64,000 bases of DNA from Thermoplasmata archaeon (GTDB taxonomy: Archaea > Thermoplasmatota > Thermoplasmata > Lutacidiplasmatales > UBA184), in the NCBI GenBank assembly GCA_035656275.1, contig DASRSW010000076.1, positions 12,740-76,739 on the forward strand, given 5' to 3'. Below, one piece after another: positions 8,149-17,207 of the stretch. The notes beneath the pieces are model-generated. The model saw only the letters and a list, made by a program, of their open reading frames with translations. It was not told the origin of the DNA and did not search any database. Each line of letters starts with the position of its first letter. The stretch's first letter is position 1. The position numbers were made by a program, and so were the translations under genes.

Positions 8149-8607
8149 TTGACCGACGACGAGTTAAGCATAGCACTCGACCAATTGCGCCACCGTCTCG
8201 ACAATCAGCAATCGGAATTCAGCAACCTCCAATCCAAGGTGGGGACGACGCTCGGGTTCGTCGTAACCGCGATGGGTCTACTTTTCGCGCTCGGTTATCC
8301 CTACCTGGCCTCACACCTGCTTCCAGCTCAAGTCTCCGCAACGCTTCTACTCCTCTCCGCCGGAATCCTCGGTGCATCCTACATGTCGGTCTTCAAGCGG
8401 GACGTCCCGAGTTCGAGCTGGATGTTGAAGCAGCTGAATGACCCGAAGAGCACCGCTGAAGATCTGAAGGCCGGGCTCGTCGAGAACTATGCTGGAGTCC
8501 TCGAGTTGAACGGCCGCGGCCAAATCGCTAGGATCATCGCCATCAACCTTGCGATAGCGCTGTTCATCGCTGGCGCTACCCTCTTTGTCGTCGAGGTACT
8601 ACTCTAA
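8149..8607 (+). CDS. Hypothetical membrane protein (N-terminal amphipathic helix plus 3 TM segments)
   Basis: Track ORF of 152 aa, divergent from 7133..7996. TM segments are TLGFVVTAMGLLFALGY, VSATLLLLSAGILGASYM and IIAINLAIALFIAGATLFVV. Confidence 0.6.
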   Translation: MTDDELSIALDQLRHRLDNQQSEFSNLQSKVGTTLGFVVTAMGLLFALGYPYLASHLLPAQVSATLLLLSAGILGASYMSVFKRDVPSSSWMLKQLNDPKSTAEDLKAGLVENYAGVLELNGRGQIARIIAINLAIALFIAGATLFVVEVLL

Positions 8608-8798
8608 TGAGCGACTGGGTCCAGAGTCCCACCGAGGATGGCGCATCCGACTCCGGAAAGGTAGCGGAAGGCGAGGGGAACAAGTCGCAGCCCGGAGAGG
8701 ACAAGACCCCCCCCGAGAAGAAGAAACGCAAGCTTCGATTGCGGTCCGACGCGGCAGATGTGTATGCGGCCGCTCCACCCCCCCTCCCTCCGCCGTAG
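8607..8798 (+). CDS. Possible small disordered Lys/Pro-rich protein
   Basis: Track ORF of 63 aa. Its ATG overlaps the TAA of the upstream gene by 1 nt (8605-8609). The composition is low-complexity, so this call is weak. Confidence 0.25.
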   Translation: MSDWVQSPTEDGASDSGKVAEGEGNKSQPGEDKTPPEKKKRKLRLRSDAADVYAAAPPPLPPP

Positions 8799-9179
8799 CC
8801 TACAGCTGAGATGGGATCGGGGAAACTGTTCGGACCAGTCCTTGGCCGGGAGCATCGAGTTCGGTCGGTCCTGCCGTAGAGCGTTCCCTTCCCTCCCCTC
8901 CGTACATGGAATTGACCCAGAACGGGCTGGATTCGTAAGCGCAGATGCACACCGCTGAACGTCGTACTTTGGGGATCCGAATACGATGGAGTAACAGTGA
9001 CTCGGGTTCTGTCGAGCGGAGTCTTCGGTCGCCAATGCCATTGTTTCCGTTAGCTCTGTAGGAACAAGGGGCTCCCCTTTGGCTACGCGCTCCCCGCCTC
9101 CGCGCTGGTGCCCCGGGAAGGGAGCAGCGGATGCGGAGGGCCATCGGCGAAAGTGAGTCAGTGACCTTGACGTACTAGC

Positions 9180-9356
9180 CTACCGTTCGTTTCGTTTCCG
9201 GATCTGGAGTGATTCTTCGATGAGAACAATCACCTGGTTCGAGACCGAACGTCTCTCTCGAATCGCCGCGTCCTCGAGCTGCTTGTAGATCGTCTCCTCC
9301 ATGTAGACAGAAACCGCCCTCCGCCTAGCGGTCTCCCTTGTGCTCCGTCGCGGCAT
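9180..9356 (-). CDS. Ribbon-helix-helix (CopG/Arc-like) protein, 58 aa (missed by the ORF track)
   Basis: My own translation is MPRRSTRETARRRAVSVYMEETIYKQLEDAAIRERRSVSNQVIVLIEESLQIRKRNER*. It shows the beta-strand, helix, helix pattern typical of RHH repressors. Confidence 0.6.
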   Translation of the reverse strand: MPRRSTRETARRRAVSVYMEETIYKQLEDAAIRERRSVSNQVIVLIEESLQIRKRNER

Positions 9357-9934
9357 CTCGAACCTGTCGTCTTCGGTTCGTCCGCGACTCCCGGTGTCGC
9401 GGCCGAAGATTATCTCGAGTTCTCGTCAAACTATTTAGCCGTTCTTGCGGAAAGGAGTCTCTGCCACCGCGGCCGTTCGACCCTTGCGGAGGCCTGCAAG
9501 CTTTCCCGCTCCGGAGGGGAACCGAGCCTAGGGCTCGTACCCATCCTGGCGCGGCCGAACTCGGCAGCACGTCACAGGCAGTCCCCGTCGACCTTCGGGC
9601 GACCCATGGGAAGATTGGGCGAAGTCCAGTCGTCTTCTCGCTCTTGGCTACCTGGGGCTCCGCGTCCGAGTCGCGCGCGATCCAACTTTATCGGCCGTTC
9701 GAGGCTGAGCATGAGGCGTGCCACCCTTCTCGGGCGGTACCCCAGATACGCGGAACGTATTTCGGGGAAGCCTCTCACAACTTTGAGGTGAATTCGTACG
9801 ACCACCTCTACAACGGAACAGCAGGTTGGTTCGGTTCACGGTGCCATCTCCGACGACAGCCCGCATTTCGGCGAGCTAGGCTCGAACTCCGTCGCCTCCC
9901 TCCTGGCGCATTGAAGGAAGGGTGGAAAGTGGTT

Positions 9935-9963
9935 GGGCCCGCCGGGACTCTTGCGGCGGGCCC
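9935..9963 (-). terminator. GC-rich hairpin 19 nt downstream of the stop of 9982..10815
   Basis: gggcccgccg (9935-9944), ggactcttg, cggcgggccc (9954-9963) form a perfect 10-bp stem. There is no adjoining T-tract, so a terminator function is uncertain. Confidence 0.3.
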
Positions 9964-9981
9964 GTTCGGGTCGGGCCGGGT

Positions 9982-10815
9982 TCACCAAGCGTGCGCAGAC
10001 ACGATCTCCGTGAAGTCCCCAGGCGGGAACGCGATCGTTGCTGTCGCCGTTGCGCCCACGGAGTTGGTCTCCGCGCCGACGTAGGCCCCGAGGAACCCCT
10101 CGATCTGATAGACATTCCCTGAAGTCAACACGATGGGGATTGGGCCCGTCAAGTTCCCCAGCGCGGGAAGGCTCATCGCCATGCTACTGGCTGACGCCGA
10201 TCCGCCGGGTGTGCAACCGACGTCGAACGGAAACACGGGGGTCGCGAACACCGCAATCAGTCCAATGGCTCCCGTCGGTGCGAGCACAGGGGCCGGCCCC
10301 AGGGCTGCGGCATAGGTGCCGGTCGTGACGTCATAGACCGCTATCTCGACAAAGATAACGGCGGTCGCGTTGGCTGATCCCCCACCAAGGCAGTTGACAC
10401 TCTCACTGACGTCGCCCGGCGACAGTTGAAAGCCGTAGAGCACGCTCGTGTTGTAGTCCTTTCCGGGAGCCTTCCAGGCAGTGAAGGTGGCCGACGTCCA
10501 CGCGTACGCCGCCTGCTGGTAGTTCGCCTGTCCGAGCAACGTGCCTGAAGTCGCGCTCGCTCCGAATGTCGCATGGGGCGGTGCGACCCCAGCGATGGTA
10601 GGTTGGCCGGGAGAAGCCGAGGCCGCCCCGCTGCCGGTGATCGTTCCGGCGAACGACGACGTTCCGGTCCGCGTCCAAGTCGCGGTCGACCAGGTATAGG
10701 CCGCTATCGGAGCCGCGACTAGGATCAAGGCGACTACCGCTCCGCCCAACCCCGTCGCGGCCGTTCTGATTCGTCGCTTCCACAGGCGCCCTCCCCAAGG
10801 TCCATGATTCGGCAT
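9982..10815 (-). CDS. Secreted or membrane-anchored hypothetical protein (Ala/Gly/Thr-rich)
   Basis: Track ORF of 277 aa. The N-terminal anchor is GLGGAVVALILVAAPIAAY. GGAGG lies 6 nt upstream of the ATG, and the composition is typical of extracellular proteins. Confidence 0.7.
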   Translation of the reverse strand: MPNHGPWGGRLWKRRIRTAATGLGGAVVALILVAAPIAAYTWSTATWTRTGTSSFAGTITGSGAASASPGQPTIAGVAPPHATFGASATSGTLLGQANYQQAAYAWTSATFTAWKAPGKDYNTSVLYGFQLSPGDVSESVNCLGGGSANATAVIFVEIAVYDVTTGTYAAALGPAPVLAPTGAIGLIAVFATPVFPFDVGCTPGGSASASSMAMSLPALGNLTGPIPIVLTSGNVYQIEGFLGAYVGAETNSVGATATATIAFPPGDFTEIVSAHAW

Positions 10816-10846
10816 GGCAATCCTCCAGTGGGGTAATGGCGTTCAG

Positions 10847-10855
10847 CTATAAAAA
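10847..10855 (-). promoter_or_regulatory. TATA-like box (TTTTTATAG on the minus strand) upstream of 9982..10815
   Basis: The AT-rich box lies 32-40 nt upstream of the ATG at 10815. An SD-like GGAGG (reverse complement of 10822-10826) sits between them. Confidence 0.35.
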
Positions 10856-11488
10856 CTGTCCCAGAAAGTACTACACATTGTACGACGTAATGCGAGGAAT
10901 CCACTGAAGAACTAGCCACAACTCCGTCAAGGGGCTCCTGCACACCCGGCCTGCCGGTTGACCAGAGCAATGTGGGTTGGAGTTAGAAACCGCCGCAGAA
11001 TGCACGCCGTTTAGAACGTATAAGCAAGTCAGTCGTGATCCGGTTCATAGATCCTCGTGCCGTGAGAACCTCCGACCCAAACGCCCGCCGGAGATGGATC
11101 GCCGACGGTTTCGATCGGACGGCGACACACATCTCTCTCGGACTGGAGTCTCGAGGGGCGCGTCGCGGTTCCTACGCGAAACCTAAGGGTTGATGCTCGT
11201 CCCGCGAACTCGTGTTCTGCCTCAGTCGATTCATGAAATGTGTAAACCACCGCTGAAACGCGACCATGAATCCACAGCAGCTCGGTGCGTTTTCCGTCGG
11301 AGCGCGCCGGTGGCGGACCGGTATGCGATTAGCTCAACAACACACTCGCATCGGGCCAGGACCCGAGTAGATGACCCGACGGGGGTCGTTTCGTCATGTC
11401 CACGTCCCGCCGAGCTCCGCGGTATCCACCCCCCCGGGGATCTCCCCCAGCCCCCGAGTGATACGAGTCGTGAACGGGAACCCGGGAT

Positions 11489-11656
11489 TCAAGGCTTGTC
11501 GGGTACCAGCGACTGCTCAAGCAAGAGCTGGGCCTGCGATGAAGCCGTTCGACGCTCCAGGGCCGCACGCCTGCGAAGAGCCCTCAGGAGACGGGGCTCG
11601 AGGTACACGGTCAATGGAACCCTTCGCTGGTTGGGCGACTTCGGAGACCTCGCCAT
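11489..11656 (-). CDS. Ribbon-helix-helix protein, 55 aa (missed by the ORF track); paralog of 29907..30071
   Basis: My own translation is MARSPKSPNQRRVPLTVYLEPRLLRALRRRAALERRTASSQAQLLLEQSLVPDKP*. Confidence 0.6.
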   Translation of the reverse strand: MARSPKSPNQRRVPLTVYLEPRLLRALRRRAALERRTASSQAQLLLEQSLVPDKP

Positions 11657-11946
11657 GCACTGCGGCTGCCTTCTGGCGCGGCAGCTCGGGACCCGGATCC
11701 AAAGCTGCCGAAGGCAGGAGTTCCAACTGAACGCCGGTATTTAGCCATTGGTTTGAACTCTAAACAGTGGCACCTAGGTGGGATCGCGGGCTGATTCGCT
11801 GCTCAGAGTCTCACCGGTGGAAGAGGACGTTGAGTGTGTAGGGCGGAGTACAGTGCTCTGCGGCCACTATAGGAACGCTGGTCCGCAGTTAAGAACAGGG
11901 GAGAAAGTCTCATGGGTTGGCTCGCCATTCGGACCTCGGGGGCAGA

Positions 11947-14310
11947 ATGGTCACCCCTCTTCGCGAGCTCATAGCGTGGGCCGCCTGCCTTGCCGTTCTC
12001 TCGACAGGCCTGCTCGATTCCGCAATGGGATCGAATGTGCCTCTCGCGACGGAGGATTCGGGCCCGGCGGCCCTACTTAACCAAGGGTCGAATCCCTCTC
12101 CCGCCCAAGGCCCGGATTCGGTCCATCTAAGCTGTTCCTCGAATCCTGACGCCGTCAGTCGATGTGGGCTAGGCCCGCAGGCGAACTCGGCTGGAGGGAC
12201 TCAGGGGGCCGGGTGGCTGAACATATCGGCCCGCGTCGGAACTCCCCCGACCCCGCGGAGCTTTGGACGGAGCATCGCCTACGATCCCCGCGACGGGTAT
12301 GTGGTGATGTTCGGCGGTGACGCACCTACGGGCGGGTATCTTTCCGACACGTGGGCGTTCAGCAACGGCAGCTGGAAGGAACTCACCACGAATGCGTCTC
12401 CCCCCGCTCGCGACCACTCTACCCTAGCGTGGGACCCTGTGGACCAGTACCTCGTCCTCTTCGGGGGCTCCGGAAGCGTGGTTTACAACGATACCTGGGC
12501 ATTCGCGAGGGGCGAATGGACCCAATTGCACCCTCCCGCGGCCCCTTCTCCGCGATGGTCCGCCGGAATGGTGTGGGATGCACGGGACGGGACGATTCTA
12601 CTGTTCGGAGGTTGCGCCGCGGGCTCCGAGCAAAACGATACCTGGTCGTTTCTCCATGGGAACTGGACCGAACTCTCCCCGACGACGTCGCCATCGCCCC
12701 GGGGTGATTCGGGAATGGCCTACGACGCGGTCGACAGTCAGGTCGTGTTGTTTGGGGGACTGAGCGCGAATTGGGGGGCACTGGATAACGACACTTGGGC
12801 CTACTCCGCCGGTACCTGGACCGAAATCAGTTCCCCGGGTTCCCCTCCCGCCCGGTATGACCCTTCGATGGCATTCGACACAGCGATTGGCCAAGTTGTG
12901 CTCTTCGGTGGTGAAGGAGCCCTCGCTAGCCTCGGGGATACTTGGGGGTACGCCAACAATCGTTGGGTTGGCCTCTCGGAGTCGAACGTACCGGCCTCGC
13001 GGTCCTTTGGGATGTTGGTGTACGACCCGGACCTGGATGGCCTCCTGCTCTACGGAGGGGCCACGGTGGGCTCCGGGACTTCTACTGAGACTTGGGAATT
13101 CTACACCCTGAACCTCACGGCTCGAGTTTCCTCCCCATCCGAAGTTGCACCAGAATCGTTGGATGCCACCGCGAATTCGACGGGAGGGGTGAATCCGATC
13201 GCGTATCTCTGGCGGTTTGGTGACGGGGGCTCCTCCAACCTCTCCTCGGCCACCCACGCGTATCTCGAGCCTGGAACCTACCAGGCCACGATCACATCAA
13301 GCGATTATTTCGGTGTGACGAGTGAGCGGAGTTTTACGGTCATCGTCCTGCCCCTGTTGGTGGTACGTGCGGGAATTACCCCGTCCTTCGGCTCTGTTCC
13401 CCTAGCGGTATCCTACTACGCCGTAGCCAGCGGGGGGATCCCGCCTTACCAATACAACTGGACCTTGGGCATCGACTCTTGGTCGAACGCCTCGAATGGC
13501 AATGTAACGTACCCGTCGGCCGGCGACACTATCGTCACACTGAGTGTGCGCGACTCGGGGGGCCAAGCGCTCCAGAAGGAGTTCGTACTCGTCGCTCTCG
13601 CACCCACTCCGACCAACCTCTCGGTCTCCATCCTGGCGTCCCGTTCGACCTGCGACGTTCCCTGCGCTTTGACCTTCACGGCGACGGTTGGGGGAGGAGT
13701 CGGACCCGAAACGTATGCATGGGGGTTCGGCGACGGCGCTGGGTCCTCGGCTCCGGCACCTTCGCACCAATTCCTCTCGGCTGGAAACTATACGGTCGCG
13801 CTCGAAGTGCACGACAGTGCGACCGGCGTCGGGCTTTCCAATGTCTCGATTAGTGTGAACCCGTCGCTAACAGTGATTCCGCACGCTTCCGTACTTGTGG
13901 GCCCGACTCCTCTCCTCGTGACGTTCACGTCGAACGTGGGCGGTGGGGCTGGCCCTTACCGAGTAGCCTGGACATTCGGCGATTCGAGTTCCCTCGAATC
14001 GAGCGGAAGCCAGCACACCTATACTTTTCCCGGAACCTACACTGTGAGGCTCAGCGCGGTCGATTCGACCGGGACGGAGGCGAACGGCACCCTCGAGATC
14101 GTAGCGCTACCGACTGCGACAAGTGTTGGAGAAGCGGGGATGGGCGGGAGTCTTCTCACCCTGGCCATTCCAGTCTCGATCGCTATTGCCGGCGGGGAGG
14201 TGGCTCTCGGACTGCTGCTGAGTAAAGTCCCCAAGAAGCCCATGGGGGCGTCGGCCGCCCAGCCGGGCCAAGCACCCCGACAGGGCGATTCCAGTTCTCG
14301 CCGAGAATGA
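11947..14310 (+). CDS. Kelch-repeat beta-propeller plus ~4 PKD domains; surface protein with a C-terminal TM anchor
   Basis: Track ORF 11917..14310, with the ATG at 11947 giving the signal-like sequence MVTPLRELIAWAACLAVLS. About six blades carry FGG...DTW motifs. PKD signatures include WRFGDGGSS...HAYLEPGTY, WGFGDGAGS...HQFLSAGNY and WTFGDSSS...HTYTFPGTY. The C-terminal TM is LAIPVSIAIAGGEVALGLLL. Confidence 0.9.
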   Translation: MVTPLRELIAWAACLAVLSTGLLDSAMGSNVPLATEDSGPAALLNQGSNPSPAQGPDSVHLSCSSNPDAVSRCGLGPQANSAGGTQGAGWLNISARVGTPPTPRSFGRSIAYDPRDGYVVMFGGDAPTGGYLSDTWAFSNGSWKELTTNASPPARDHSTLAWDPVDQYLVLFGGSGSVVYNDTWAFARGEWTQLHPPAAPSPRWSAGMVWDARDGTILLFGGCAAGSEQNDTWSFLHGNWTELSPTTSPSPRGDSGMAYDAVDSQVVLFGGLSANWGALDNDTWAYSAGTWTEISSPGSPPARYDPSMAFDTAIGQVVLFGGEGALASLGDTWGYANNRWVGLSESNVPASRSFGMLVYDPDLDGLLLYGGATVGSGTSTETWEFYTLNLTARVSSPSEVAPESLDATANSTGGVNPIAYLWRFGDGGSSNLSSATHAYLEPGTYQATITSSDYFGVTSERSFTVIVLPLLVVRAGITPSFGSVPLAVSYYAVASGGIPPYQYNWTLGIDSWSNASNGNVTYPSAGDTIVTLSVRDSGGQALQKEFVLVALAPTPTNLSVSILASRSTCDVPCALTFTATVGGGVGPETYAWGFGDGAGSSAPAPSHQFLSAGNYTVALEVHDSATGVGLSNVSISVNPSLTVIPHASVLVGPTPLLVTFTSNVGGGAGPYRVAWTFGDSSSLESSGSQHTYTFPGTYTVRLSAVDSTGTEANGTLEIVALPTATSVGEAGMGGSLLTLAIPVSIAIAGGEVALGLLLSKVPKKPMGASAAQPGQAPRQGDSSSRRE

Positions 14311-17207
14311 CCGAGTGGATCTGGGGGTCGGTGATGAACCGGGCAGGGTCTCAATCCCACCCGACCTCTTCTGGGATTGGAATGCGTCGACGCTTCGCAC
14401 CAAGCACCGTGGTGCGCACATGCTTTACGATCGCCATTTCAGTCTCTCTGCTTGGACTTTCTCCCCCGTCGGTGGCATCGGCGATTACTTCTCTGACTGT
14501 CGCACCTGGAGCCGAGAGTCCCTTAGGCTCAGGCACGACCCTCGGAGGGGTCGCCGAACTACTTCCCCTGCCCTTGATCCATTCCTCCTCATCCGAAGGT
14601 CTTCACTCGAGCTGGGGTTCCCATTCTACCATCGTAGGAAGATCGGCCCCCCCGCTCAATCAACTTCCCCGGCTCGCCCCAGCTGCGAATCTCACGCTGG
14701 GGTGGGTCAACCTGACATCTACTGACGGTTCTCCTCCTCCCTCAACTTACGGGGCAAGCATGGCGTACGACCCCCTCCTCCCGGGAACTGTGTTGTTCGG
14801 AGGTGAGGTCGATGGGCTTCCCACGAATGTCACTTGGATTTCCGCGAATCTTTCGTGGACTCACCAATCGTACGCCCCCGGCCCCTCACCTCGGTCCGGT
14901 GCCCAATTCTCATACGATCCGGGGACGGGCTCATTGATCCTGTTCGGCGGGTGGGATGGAACGCGTTATCTCAACGATACCTGGTCGTTCTCGGGACGGG
15001 GATGGGCCAATCTCACTCCAGCGTTGTCGACGACCCCCCCCGCGAGGGCCAACGGCTCGCTGGCGTTCGACTCGCGCGATAGTGTATTGGTTCTCTTCGG
15101 GGGGTGTGGGTCCACCTGCCCATTGGGCGACACCTGGCTGTTCAACGAGACAGGGTGGTCCAGTTGTTGCTCAACATTTGGACCCGGGCCGAGGTCAAGC
15201 GCCGGCCTGACCTTCTACGCCGCCAACAACGAACTGACCCTCTTCGGCGGCTGTTCCGGACGGGCGGGACTCAACGACACGTGGGCCTTCTCTGCTGGCA
15301 ATTGGGCTCAGATCACTCTCGCGGGAGGACCTCCGCCTTCGTGTCCAGCCGTATTGGCGCGAACCGCGACTCCGGGTTTCGATGGGCTCGGCCTCCGATC
15401 GGGGGGGGAGACCTGGGTGTTGAATTCCTATTCTTGGTTCAACCTTACAGCGCAAACGGTTCTGACGCCGCCGAGCTCGAGCTCTTGCGACTTCGCACCA
15501 TCCGACGTGCAAACCCTAGACCTTTTGGTGTGCCCTGACGCCGGACTCAATTCGACCTCCCTTGTCTGGAGCCTGGGCGTCCCGATCATTCTGACGGTGG
15601 CTGTTACGCCCGTCAGATTGGATGTGAATCAATCCGTTAGTTTCAATATGTCCGGTCTCTCCGATGACTACCCACTCACCTTCGAGTATCTCGGTCTCCC
15701 CCGCGGTTGCTCCACTGTTAACTCGTCGGCATTGGACTGCACTCCAACCGGGTCCGGGCAGTTCGTGATTACCATCGTCGCTAGCGACGAGGTGGGACAG
15801 AGTGAGAGAGCGCTCGCCAGTCTTCAGGTAAATGATGCGCTCCGAGTTGAAGCACTACGAGTCGGCACCGGCAACCTAACGGTAGGAACGAATCTATCGG
15901 TCGACACTCTCTTCCGAGGGGGCACTCCGGGACTGAATTTCTCGTACGATGGCCTTCCCCCCGGCTGCCCGTACACGAACGCGTCTGCGTTTACCTGCCG
16001 CCCGAATGTAAGCGGAGTCTACGACCTGCGAGTCCTTGTGAGAGACGCCGCCGGTGAAGCGGGAACCGCGGAAAGGGTGATACAAGTCGACTCTGCCCTC
16101 TCTGCCCTTTCCTTTTCGGCGGTTCCGTCGACGCTCGACATAGGAGAATTGACGAGGCTGACCCTCTCGTCTGCGGGGGGTACCCCACCTCTGCAGTACA
16201 GTTACTCAGGGTTACCGGAGCCCTGCACCACGCTTAGCACTCCGGTGCTCTCTTGCCTTCCGTATCAGGCCGGGATCTTCCCGATCCAAGTGTCGGCCGA
16301 AGATTCCTCGGGCGCTACTCTCACTTCCGTTGTCCAACTCCAAGTGAACCCCGACCTAGGTGGATTGGTTCTTCTTCCTAGTTCCTCAACCGTCGAGCTG
16401 GGACAATCGCTTCAATTCGAGGCGCGATTTTCCGGAGGAACCACGCCGGTTACCCTAACGTTCCAGGGCATACCGGGATGTGTTGGGGCGGGGGACCTGA
16501 ATTTCAGCTGTCGTCCATCGGTGGCGGGCTGGTTCTCCGAACGGCTGACGGTCCGTGATTCGACGGGGGCGAGCCTCGCGACCTTGGCCGTGGTTGACGT
16601 GATTCCATCCCTCCAGGCGGAGTCGCTTTCGGCCGAACCCTATCCCGTGGAACAAGGTAGGAGCACGATCTTCTCGATAGGAGTCGTCGGGGGGGTTCCC
16701 CCCTTCGTTACTCGCGCGACGGGCCTCCCCCTTGCATGCGCGCCCGCCCCGAATGTGAGTTCTTGGACCTGCACCCCGCCCGAGCCGGGGGAGTTCCCCA
16801 CCGTTCTCGAGGTGACGGATGGGGCCGGAGTCCAAGTGAACTCGACCTTCTCCCTCAGTGTCCTTGACTCACTTAAGGTGCGGCTCATCGCCCTCCCCAT
16901 GCCCCCGTACTCCAGTGAAGTCGAGCTCTCCGCCTCCATCTCCGGCGGATCCGGTCCCTTCACGTACGAGTACCTTGGACTGCCTCCGGGGTGCTCCGCA
17001 CCGTCCGCTGGGAAGGTTTACTGCAATTCCGATGCACCCGGTGAGTATCACGTCGAAGTTGACGTGACGGACTCGATCGATGGCGTGAACAGTTCCGCCA
17101 CGGAGGTATCCGTGGGTCCCGGTCTTGGGGCCGTGACTTTGCCGGCAGTCCTCGTGGCAGCGGGAGGCGCTTTCGGAATTTGCGTATTGGCCCGGGGTCG
17201 ACGCTAG
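14307..17207 (+). CDS. Kelch-repeat propeller plus ~7 Cys-bracketed Ig-like (He_PIG-like) repeats; surface protein with a C-terminal TM anchor
   Basis: Track ORF of 966 aa. An ATGA overlap joins its start to the upstream stop (14307-14310). The repeats follow SGG.P..Y.Y.GLPPGC....L.C.P...G.Y...V.V.D. The C-terminal TM is LPAVLVAAGGAFGICVLA followed by RGRR. Confidence 0.9.
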   Translation: MTEWIWGSVMNRAGSQSHPTSSGIGMRRRFAPSTVVRTCFTIAISVSLLGLSPPSVASAITSLTVAPGAESPLGSGTTLGGVAELLPLPLIHSSSSEGLHSSWGSHSTIVGRSAPPLNQLPRLAPAANLTLGWVNLTSTDGSPPPSTYGASMAYDPLLPGTVLFGGEVDGLPTNVTWISANLSWTHQSYAPGPSPRSGAQFSYDPGTGSLILFGGWDGTRYLNDTWSFSGRGWANLTPALSTTPPARANGSLAFDSRDSVLVLFGGCGSTCPLGDTWLFNETGWSSCCSTFGPGPRSSAGLTFYAANNELTLFGGCSGRAGLNDTWAFSAGNWAQITLAGGPPPSCPAVLARTATPGFDGLGLRSGGETWVLNSYSWFNLTAQTVLTPPSSSSCDFAPSDVQTLDLLVCPDAGLNSTSLVWSLGVPIILTVAVTPVRLDVNQSVSFNMSGLSDDYPLTFEYLGLPRGCSTVNSSALDCTPTGSGQFVITIVASDEVGQSERALASLQVNDALRVEALRVGTGNLTVGTNLSVDTLFRGGTPGLNFSYDGLPPGCPYTNASAFTCRPNVSGVYDLRVLVRDAAGEAGTAERVIQVDSALSALSFSAVPSTLDIGELTRLTLSSAGGTPPLQYSYSGLPEPCTTLSTPVLSCLPYQAGIFPIQVSAEDSSGATLTSVVQLQVNPDLGGLVLLPSSSTVELGQSLQFEARFSGGTTPVTLTFQGIPGCVGAGDLNFSCRPSVAGWFSERLTVRDSTGASLATLAVVDVIPSLQAESLSAEPYPVEQGRSTIFSIGVVGGVPPFVTRATGLPLACAPAPNVSSWTCTPPEPGEFPTVLEVTDGAGVQVNSTFSLSVLDSLKVRLIALPMPPYSSEVELSASISGGSGPFTYEYLGLPPGCSAPSAGKVYCNSDAPGEYHVEVDVTDSIDGVNSSATEVSVGPGLGAVTLPAVLVAAGGAFGICVLARGRR

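Noticed and set aside
9400-9930. RNase P RNA or SRP RNA in the ORF-free stretch
   Set aside because: I did not find the conserved signatures on either strand: GAGGAAAGUCC / ACAGAA-type CR-I/CR-V boxes for RNase P, or a GGAAG...AGCA domain-IV motif for SRP RNA.
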